This document shows, piece by piece, positions 54,501 through 64,000 of a stretch of 64,000 nucleotides of DNA (positions are counted from its first letter, which is position 1; each line of letters opens with the position of its first letter). Origin of the DNA: Antedon mediterranea (Eukaryota > Animalia > Echinodermata); NCBI RefSeq assembly GCF_964355755.1, contig NC_092677.1, forward strand, positions 22,059,175 through 22,123,174. Reading direction: 5' to 3'. The notes beneath the pieces are model-generated. The model did not search any database. It saw nothing but the letters and a program-made list of their open reading frames with translations, and had not been told where the DNA came from. The position numbers were made by a program, and so were the translations under genes.

Positions 54501-56136
54501 TAAGTAAGGTCATCGACCCAGTTTTTACGTACAGACATTAACCTCGATTTTACGTACATACATCGACACCAATTTTACGTACATACATCGTCCCCGATTT
54601 GACATACAGACATCGACCCCGATTTCAGGTACAGACATCGACTTAGTTTTTACGTACAGCATCGACCCTGATTTTACATACATTCATCGACCTAGTTTTG
54701 ACGTACAGACATCGACCCCGATTTTATGTACAGACATCGAACTAGTTTTTACGTACGTACAGACATTGACCTAGTTTGTACGTACAGACATCGGCCTAGT
54801 TTTTACGTACAGACATCGACCTAGTTTTTACGTACCGACATCAACCTCGATTTTACGTGCAGACATCGACCCCGATTTTACGTACAGACATCGAACTAGC
54901 TTTGAACTACAGACATCGACTGCCTTTTTACGTACATACATCGACCCCGATTTTACGTACAGATATCGACCCAGTTTTTTCGTACAGACATCGACCTCAT
55001 TTTTACGTACATACATCGACCTAGTTTTGAACTACAGACATCGACTCCGTTTTTACGTACAGACATCGACCCTGATTTTACATACAGAAATGTACCCCGA
55101 TTTTACGTATAGACATCGACCCCGATTTTACGTATAGACATCGACCTTGATTTAACGTACAGACATCGAACCCGTTTTTACGTGCAGACATCGATCCCGC
55201 TTTTACGTACATAAATCGACCACGATTTAACGTCAAGACATCGACCCCGATTTTATGTACAGACATCGACAATGATTTTACATACAGACATCGACCTAGT
55301 TTTGACCTACAGACATCGACTTAGTTTTGAACTACAGACATCGACATCGGTTTTACGTACAGACATCGACACCGGTTTTACGTACAGATATCGACCCTAA
55401 TTTTACATACAGACATCGACCTAGTTTTGACGTACAGACATCGACCCCGTCTTTACATACAGACATCGATCTTGTTTTTAACGTACAGAGATCGACCTAG
55501 TTTTTACGTACCGACATCGACCCCTGATTGTACGTACAGACAGTGACCCCGATTTTACATCGACCTAGTTTTGACGAACATATATCGACCCCGTTTTGAC
55601 GTCTTTTACGCAAGACGTCGACCCGATTTGACGTACAGACATCGACCCCGTATTTACGTACAGACATTGACCTAGTTTTTACGTACATACATCAACTCCG
55701 TTTAACGTACCGACATCGACCCCGTTTTTACGTACAGACATCGACTCCGTTCTTACGTAAAGACATCGAACCCGATTTTACATCGACCTAGTTTTGACGG
55801 ACATAATATGTCCGTCAAAACTAGGTCGACCCCGTTTTGACGTACAGACATCGACACCGATTTTACGCTAGACGTCGACCCCGATTTGACGTACAGACAT
55901 TGACCCCGTATTTACGTACAGACATCGACCTAGTTCTTACGTACATACATCGACTCCGTTTAACGTACCGACATCGACCCCGTTTTTACGTACAGACATC
56001 GACTCCGTTCTTACGTAAAGACATCGACCCCGATTTTACGTACAGACAGCGACTCCGATTTTACGTACAGACATCGACCCCGTTTTGACGTACAGACATC
56101 GACACCGATTTTACGCAAAGACAACGACTCCGATTT
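39596..56136 (+). repeat. SatA long array, copy 2
   Basis: 25-bp periodicity with extra 1493-bp and 249-bp tandem duplications. Confidence 0.95.
55783..55829. repeat. Perfect 47-bp palindrome, copy 2
   Basis: Identical to 26732-26778. Confidence 0.95.
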
Positions 56137-56441
56137 CTCACACAAAACATCAAAGTGTACAGAATAGCTTTAAATCGCATTTGGAGACGTTTTAGACCAT
56201 TTTGTGATTTTCGAAAAAACATGTTAACATAAAAACATCAAAGTGTACAGAATAGCTTCAAATCGCATTTGGAGACGTTTTAGACCATTTTGTGCATTTC
56301 GATGAAACTTGGTTACACAAAAACATCAAAATGCTTAAAATCACATTAGAAACCGTTTTAGACCATTTTGAGCATTTCGATAAAACTTTTCACACAAAAA
56401 CATCAAAGTGCACAAAATAGCTTAATATGGTATTAAAAAAA
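56137..56441 (+). repeat. SatB short block, copy 3
   Basis: Matches 117-421 (offset 56020). Confidence 0.93.
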
Positions 56442-58035
56442 CCTCGATTTTACGTACATACATCGACACCAATTTTACGTACATACATCGACCCCGATTT
56501 GACATACAGACATCGACCCCGATTTTACGTACAGACATCGACCCCGATTTTAGGTACAGACATCGACTTAGTTTTTACGTACAGCATCGACCCTGATTTT
56601 ACATACATTCATCGACCTAGTTTTGACGTACAGACATCGACCCCGATTTAATGTACAGACATCGAACTAGTTTTTACGTACGTACAGACATCGACCTAGT
56701 TTGTACGTACAGACATCGGCCTAGTTTTTACGTACAGACATTGACCTAGTTTTTTACGTACCGACATCGACCTCGATTTTACGTGCAGACATCGACCCCG
56801 ATTTTACGTACAGACATCGAACTAGCTTTGAACTACAGACATCGACTGCCTTTTTACGTACATACATCGACCCCGATTTTACGTACAAATATTGACCCAG
56901 TTTTTTCGTAGAGACATCGACCTCATTTTTACGTACAGACATCGACCTAGTTTTGAACTACAGACATCGACTCCGTTTTTACGTACAGACATCGACCCTG
57001 ATTTTACATACAGAAATGTACCCCAATTTTACGTACAGACATCCACCCCGATTTTACGTATAGACATCGACCTTGATTTAACGTACAGACATCAAACCCG
57101 TTTTACGTGCAGACATCGATCCCGCTTTTTACGTACATATATCGACCACGATTTAACGTAGAGACATCGACCCCGATTTTATGTACAGACATCGACAATG
57201 ATTTTACATACAGACATCGACCTAGTTTTGACCTACAGACATAGACTTAGTTTTGACAAACAGACATTGACATCGGTTTGACGTACAGACATCGACACCG
57301 GTTTTACGTACAGATATCGATCCTAATTTTACATACAGACATCGACCTAGTTTTGACGTACAGACATCGACCCCGTCTTTACATACAGACATCGTTCTTG
57401 TTTTTTACGTACAGAGATCGACCTAGTTTTTACGTACCGACATCGACCCCTGATTTTACGTACAGACAGTGACCCCGATTTTACATCGACCTAGTTTTGA
57501 CGGACATATATCGACCCCGTTTTGACGTACAGACATCGACACCGATTTTACGCAAGACGTCGACCCGTATTTACGTACAGACATCGACCCCGTATTTACG
57601 TACAGACATCGACCTAGTTTTTACGTACATACATCGACTCCGTTTAACGTACCGACATCGACCCCGTTTTTACGTACAGACATCGACTCCGTTCTTACGT
57701 AAAGACATCGACCCCGATTTTACATCGACCTAGTTTTGACGGACATATATCGACCCCGTTTTGACGTACAGACATCGACACCGATTTTACGCAAGACGTC
57801 GACCCCGATTTGACGTACAGACATCGACCCCGTATTTACGTACAGACATCGACCTAGTTTTTACGTACATACATCGACTCCGTTTAACGTACCGACTTCG
57901 ACCCCGTTTTTACGTACAGACATCGACTCCGTTCTTACGTAAAGACATCGACCCCGATTTTACGTACAGACAGCGACTCCGATTTTACGTACAGACATCG
58001 ACCCGTTTTGACGTACAGACAACGACCCCGATTTC
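56442..58035 (+). repeat. SatA short array, copy 3
   Basis: Colinear with 422-2015 (offset 56020). Confidence 0.93.
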
Positions 58036-59060
58036 TCACACAAAACATCAAAGTGTACAGAATAGCTTTAAATCGCATTTGGAGACGTTTTAGACCATTT
58101 TGTGATTTTCGAAAAAACATGTTAACATAAAAACATCAAAGTGTACAGAATAGCTTCAAATCGCATTTGGAGACGTTTTAGACCATTTTGAGCATTTCGA
58201 TGAAACTTGGTTACACAAAAACATCAAAATGCTTAAAATCACATTAGAAACCGTTTTAGACCATTTTTAGCATTTCGATAAAACTTTTCACACAAAAACA
58301 TCAAAGTGAACAAAATAGCTTAATATGGTATTTAAAAACGTTTTAGATCATTTTAAGCACTTCGACAAAACTTTTTCACACAAAACATCAAGGTGTACAG
58401 AATAGCTTCAAATCGCATTTGTAGACGTTTTAGACCATTTTGTGCATTTCGAAAAACTTGTTAACATAAAAACACCAAAGTGCTTAGAATAGCTTCAAAT
58501 CGCATTTGGAGACGTCTTAGACCATTTTATGCATTTCGATGAAACTTGGTTACACAAAAACATCAAAGTGCTTAACATCACATTAGAAACCGTTTTAGAC
58601 CATTTTGAGCATTTCGATAAAACTTTTCACACAAAAACATCAAAGAGCACAAAATAGCTTAATATGGTATTTGAAAACGTTTTAGACCATTTTGAGCATT
58701 TCAATAAAACTTTTTCACACAAAACATCAAAGTGTACAGAATAGATTCAAATCGCATTTGAAGACGTTTTAGACCATTTTGTGCATTTCGAAAAAAACTT
58801 GTTAACATAAAAACACCAAAGTGCCTAGAATAGCTTCAAATAGCATTTTGAGACGTTTTAGACCATTTTGTGGTTTTCGAAAGAACTTGTTAACATAAAA
58901 ACACCAAAGTGCTAAGGATACCTTCAAATCGCATTTGGAGACGTTTTAGACAATGTTGTGCATTTCGATGAAACTTGGTTACAAAAAAACATCAAAGTGC
59001 TAAAATCACATTAGAAACCGATTTAGACCATTTTGAGCATTTTGATGAAACTTTTCACAT
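58036..59060 (+). repeat. SatB long block, copy 3
   Basis: Colinear with 2016-3040. Confidence 0.93.
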
Positions 59061-62000
59061 AATAATTTTTTAATTTTATAGAATGGAAATTTTGACCATT
59101 TTTAGAAAAAAAATCCTATGGTCCCCAGCAGCGAAATTTTCAAAAAATCGCCAAATTTCGACCCTTTTATTTTTTGACATAACTAGATACGATGGCTCTA
59201 TAAGATGATGCTAACCCAATATATTTGCATAAATGCCAATATTATAGCATAATTATTGAATTTTAAAAAGTGGAAATTTTGACAATTTTTCGAAAAAATT
59301 CCTTCCGCAGGGAAATTTTCGCAAAAATGGCCAAATTTCAAACCTTTTATTTTTTGACATAACTAGTTACTATGGCTCTATAAAATAATGTTAGCACAAT
59401 ATATTTGCAAAAATGGCAATATTATAGCATAATTTTTGAATTTTAAAAAGTGGAAAATTTTTCCATTTTTCGACCCTTTTGTTTTTTTACATAACTAGTT
59501 ACGATGGCTCTATAAGATGATGTTAACACAACATATGTGCATAAATGGCAATATTATAGCATAATTTTTGAATTTCAAAAAGTGGAAATTTTGGCAATTT
59601 TTCGAAAAAATTCCTATGGTCCCCCGCAGCTAAATTTTCGAAAAATTGCCAAATTTCGACCCTTTTATTTTTTGACATAACTAGTTACTATGGCTCTATA
59701 AGATGATGTTAGCACAATATATTTGCATAAATGCCAATATAATAGCATAATTATTGAATTTTAAACAATGGAAATTTTGGCCATTTTTCGAAAAAATTCC
59801 TATGGTCCCCCTCAGGGAAATTTTCGCAAAAACGGCCAAATTTCAAACCTTTTATTTTTTGACAAAACTAGTTACTATGGCTCTATAAGATGATGTTAGC
59901 ACAATAAATGGCAATATTATAAAGGATATTTTTTTAATTTTAAACAATGGAAATTTTGACCATTTTTCGAAAAAAAAATCCTATTGTCCCCCGCAGCTAA
60001 ATTTTCCAAAAATTGCTAAATTTCGACCCTTTTATTTGTTGACATAACTAGTTACGATGGCTCTATAAGATGATGCTAACACAATATATTTGCATAAATG
60101 CCAATATAATAGCATAATTATTGAATTTTAAAAAGAGGAAATTTTGGACATTTTTCGAAAAAATTCCTATGGTCCCCCGCAGGGAAATTTTCGCAAAAAT
60201 GGCAAAATTTCAAACCTTTTATTTTTTTACATAACTAGTTACAATGGCTCTATAAGATGATGGTAACCCAATATATTTGTATAAATGCCAATATTATAGC
60301 ATACTTATTGAATTTTAAAAAGTGGAAATTTTGTCAATTTTTCGAAAAAAATTCCTATGGTCCCCCGCAGAGAAATTTTCGCAAAAATGGCAAAATGTCA
60401 ACACTTTTATTTTTTGACATAACTAGTTACTATGGCTCTATTAGATGATGTTAGCACAATATATTTGCATAAATGCCAATATAATAGCATAATTATTGAA
60501 TTTTAAACAATGGAAATTTTGGCCATTTTTCGAAAAAATTCCTATGGTCCCCCGTAGGGAAATTTTCGCAAAAATGGCCAAATTTCAAACCTTTTATTTT
60601 TTGACATAACTAGTTACTGTGGCTCTATAAGATGATGTTAGCACAATATATTTGCATAATTGGCAATATTATAGCATACTTTTTTAATTTTAAACAATGG
60701 AAATTTTGACAATTTTTCGAAAAAAAAATTCTATGGTACCCCGCAGCGAAATTTTAGAAAAATCGCCAAATTTTGACCCTTTTATTTTTTTAGATAACTA
60801 GTTATGATGGCTCTATAAGATGATGCTAACACAATATATTTGCATAAATGCCAATATAATAGCATAATTATTGAATTTTAAAAAGTGGAAATTTTGGCCA
60901 TTTTTCGAAAAAATTCCTATGGTCCCCCGTAGGGAAATTTTCGCAAAAATGGCCAAATTTCAAACCTTTTATTTTTTGACAAAACTAGTTACTATGGCTC
61001 TATAAGATGATGTTAGCACAATATATTTGCATAAATGGCAATATTATATAGGATATTTTTTTAATTTTAAACAATGGAAATTTTGACAATTTTTCGAAAA
61101 AAAAATCCTATGGTCCCCCGCAGCAAAATTTTACAAAAATTGCTAAAATTTCGACCCTTTTATTTGTTGACATAACTAGTTACGATGGCTCTATAAGATG
61201 ATGCTAACACAATATATTTGCATAAATGCCAATATAATAGCATAATTATTTAAATTTAAAAAGAGGAAATTTTGGACATTTTTCGAAAAAATTCCTATAG
61301 TCCCCCGCAGGGAAATTTTCGCAAAAATGGCAAAATTTCAAACCTTTTATTTTTTGACATAACTAGTTACAATGGCTCTATAAGATGATGCTAACCCAAT
61401 ATATTTGTATAAATGTCAATATTATAGCATAATTATTGAATTTTAAAAAGTGGAAATTTTGACCATTTGTCGAAAAAATTCCTATGGTCCCCCGCAGGGA
61501 ACTTTTCGGAAAAATGGCCAAATTTCAAACCTTTTATTTTTTGACATAACTAGTTTCTATGGCTCTATAAAATAATGTTAGCACAATATATTTGCAAAAA
61601 TGGCAATATTATAGCATAATTTTTGAATTTTAAAAAGTGGAAATTGTTTCCATTTTTCAATAAAATTCCGATGGTCCTCCGCAGAAAATTTTTTCGAAAA
61701 TTACCGAATTTCGACACTTTAGATTTTTGATGTAACTAGTTACTATAGCTCTATAAGATGATGTTAACAAAATATATGTGCATAAATATTGAATTTTAAA
61801 AAGTGGAACATTTTTACATTTTTCGACCCTTTTGTTTTTTGACATAACTAGTTGCTATGGCTCTATAAGATGATGTTAGCACAATATATGTGCATAAATG
61901 GCAATATTATAACATAATTTTGGAATTTTAGAAAGTGGAAATTGTGACCATTTTTGAAAAAAATTCCTATGGTTCCCCGCAAGAAAATTTTCGAAAAATG

Positions 62001-62663
62001 GCCAAATTTTGACCCTTTTATTTTTTTATATAACTAGTAACTATGGCTCTGTAAGATGATGTTAGCACAATATATTTGCATAAATGGCAATATTATAGCA
62101 TAATTTTCGAATTTTAGAAATTGGAAATTTTCTCCATTTTTCGAAAAAATTTCTATGGTCCCCGCAGGAAAATTTTCGAAAAAATGCCAAAGTTCAAGCC
62201 TTTTATTTTATATAATTTCTTACTATGGCTCTATAAGATGATGTTAGCAAAATATATCTGTATAAATAGAAATATTATAGCATAATTATTTAATTTTTAA
62301 AGTGGCAAATGTTGCCATTTTTCGACCCTTTTATTTTTTTGACATTACTAGTTACGATGGCTCTATAAGATAATGTTAACACAATATATGTGCATAAATG
62401 GCAATATTATAGCCTAATTATTGAATTTTAAAAGGTGGAAATTTTGACCATTTTTCGAAAAAAAATTCCTATGCTCCCCCGCAGGAAAATTTTTCGAAAA
62501 ATGGCCAAATTTCGACCCTTTTATTTGTTGACATAACTAGTTACTATGGCTCTATAAGATGATGTTAAGCATAATTTTTTAATTTTAAAGAATGGAAATT
62601 TTGACCATTTTTTGAAAAAAAAGTCCTATGGTCCCCGTAGGAAAATTTTCGAACAATTGCCAA
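59061..62663 (+). repeat. SatC ~187-bp satellite, copy 3 (~20 monomers)
   Basis: Same first and last monomers as copies 1 and 2, but 3.6 kb instead of 5.1 kb. Confidence 0.95.
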
Positions 62664-63192
62664 CAGCGGGTGTTTCAGAACCTCAGAATATAACGTGCAA
62701 CGCTAGTGTTTTAAAGTAACAGAAAAACACAGAAAAACTCACGAAACAGTCAAACACCAGTCAAATTAACTACAGCACAGTCTTAAACAGATCATAAACA
62801 TCAAAGTTTGTAGTTAGACCAGATTCAGCTCAGTCGAAAACAAGGAAAAATAGTGAAGTACAGAGCTCGAACAAAACACGTCCGTTCTCGACCACAGTTC
62901 GTTTTACATATATTATCTATATTTAGTCATCTGATAACATTTTTTTTACCACGCCGTTTTTAATAGTTTTTTAAAATGCCTCTCTATTTACAACATTTGT
63001 GTACAAAAGAATAGAGATTTTATTGTGTAATTTGAACTATTTGAACTGATAAAAAAGTGCTTATTTTCAACAAGGCGCTTGTGTAACACAAATAAAATCC
63101 CAAAAAATATGAAACATAGGGGAAGCTATAGATCGATAATTATTGGAATGTATGATCAATAGAAATTTTTTGCCCCCACCTGGCCTTCAAAC
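62664..63192. other. Non-repetitive spacer, copy 3
   Basis: Matches 8157-8684 with private indels. Confidence 0.9.
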
Positions 63193-63310
63193 ACGGGGAG
63201 ATATCTGCACTTAAAACGGGGAGATATCTGTACTTAAAAACGGAGAGATATCTGTACTTAAAAACGGGGAGATATCTTTACTTAAAAACGGAGAATATCT
63301 GTACTTAAAA
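63193..63310 (-). repeat. Five inverted 24-bp SatA-like repeats, copy 3
   Basis: Same as 8685-8802. Confidence 0.88.
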
Positions 63311-64000
63311 TCCCTATCCCTATTTTACGTACATACATCGACCCCAATTTTACGTACAGACATCGACCCCGATTTTAGGTACAGACATCGACCCGATTTT
63401 ACGTACAGTCATCGACCCAGTTTTTACGTACAGACATCAACCTCGATTTTACGTACCGACATCGATCCCTATTTTACGTACATACATCTACCCCGATTTT
63501 ACGTACATACATCGACCCGTATTTATTAACAGACATCGACCTAGTTTTTACGTACAGACATCGACCCCGATTTTACATACAGACATCGACCCCGATTTTA
63601 CGTACAGACATCGACCTAGTTTTGACGTACAGAAATCGACCGCTTTCTGACGTACAGACATCGACACCGATTTTACATAAAGACATCGACCCCGATTTCA
63701 CGTACAGATATCGACCACGTTTTTACGTACTGACATCGACCCCGATTTACCATAGAGACATCGATCCCGATTTTAAGTACATACATCGACTCCGTTTAAC
63801 GTACATACATCGACCCCGACTTTACGTCCACACATCGACCCAGTTTTTACGTACAGACAGCGACACCGTTTGACGTACCGACATCAACCTCGATTTTACG
63901 TACAGACATCGACCCCGATTTTACGTACATACAGCGACACCGTTTGACGTACCGACAACAACCTCGATTTTACATACAGACATCGACCCCGATTTTACGT
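63311..64000 (+). repeat. SatA long array, start of copy 3
   Basis: 25-bp periodicity to the window end. Confidence 0.95.

Larger units (their letters stand above)
27086..56136. repeat. Composite macro-repeat unit 2 (~29.05 kb)
   Basis: Same module order as unit 1, with the LINE at the identical site. It is longer because of extra internal duplications in the 25-bp array. Confidence 0.95.
56137..64000. repeat. Composite macro-repeat unit 3 (partial, runs off window)
   Basis: Same module order up to the start of the long 25-bp array. Its 187-bp block is ~1.5 kb shorter than in units 1 and 2. Confidence 0.95.

Noticed and set aside
407-63873. More than 100 short ORFs of the YRHRPRFYVQTSTPILRTDIDPDFT and MSVRK types
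   Set aside because: They are translations of the 25-bp satellite (three monomers give 25 aa in rotating frames). They occur in all frames with random stops and show no domain signal.

Overview
This window is eukaryotic, probably metazoan, repetitive DNA with no credible host gene. It holds about 2.4 copies of a composite macro-repeat (periods of ~26.97 kb and ~29.05 kb; equivalent junctions at 112, 27081 and 56132). Each unit has the same order: a short ~88-bp satellite block, a 25-bp satellite block, a longer ~88-bp satellite block (4-mer higher-order repeat), a ~187-bp AT-rich satellite, a ~0.53-kb non-repetitive spacer, five inverted 24-bp relatives of the 25-mer, and a long 25-bp satellite array (TTTTACGTACAGACATCGACCCCGA). 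In the two complete units the long array carries a 5'-truncated CR1-group LINE with an open RT frame, a (TGATATA)n tail and a 5-bp target-site duplication. All other listed ORFs are translation artefacts of the satellites. The most unusual signals are the ordered multi-satellite unit itself, the strand switch at the start of the 25-bp array, a spacer site with three different indel alleles in three copies, a minus-strand MTE/DPE-like motif facing the 187-bp satellite, and a perfect 47-bp palindrome that looks like a template-switch product.
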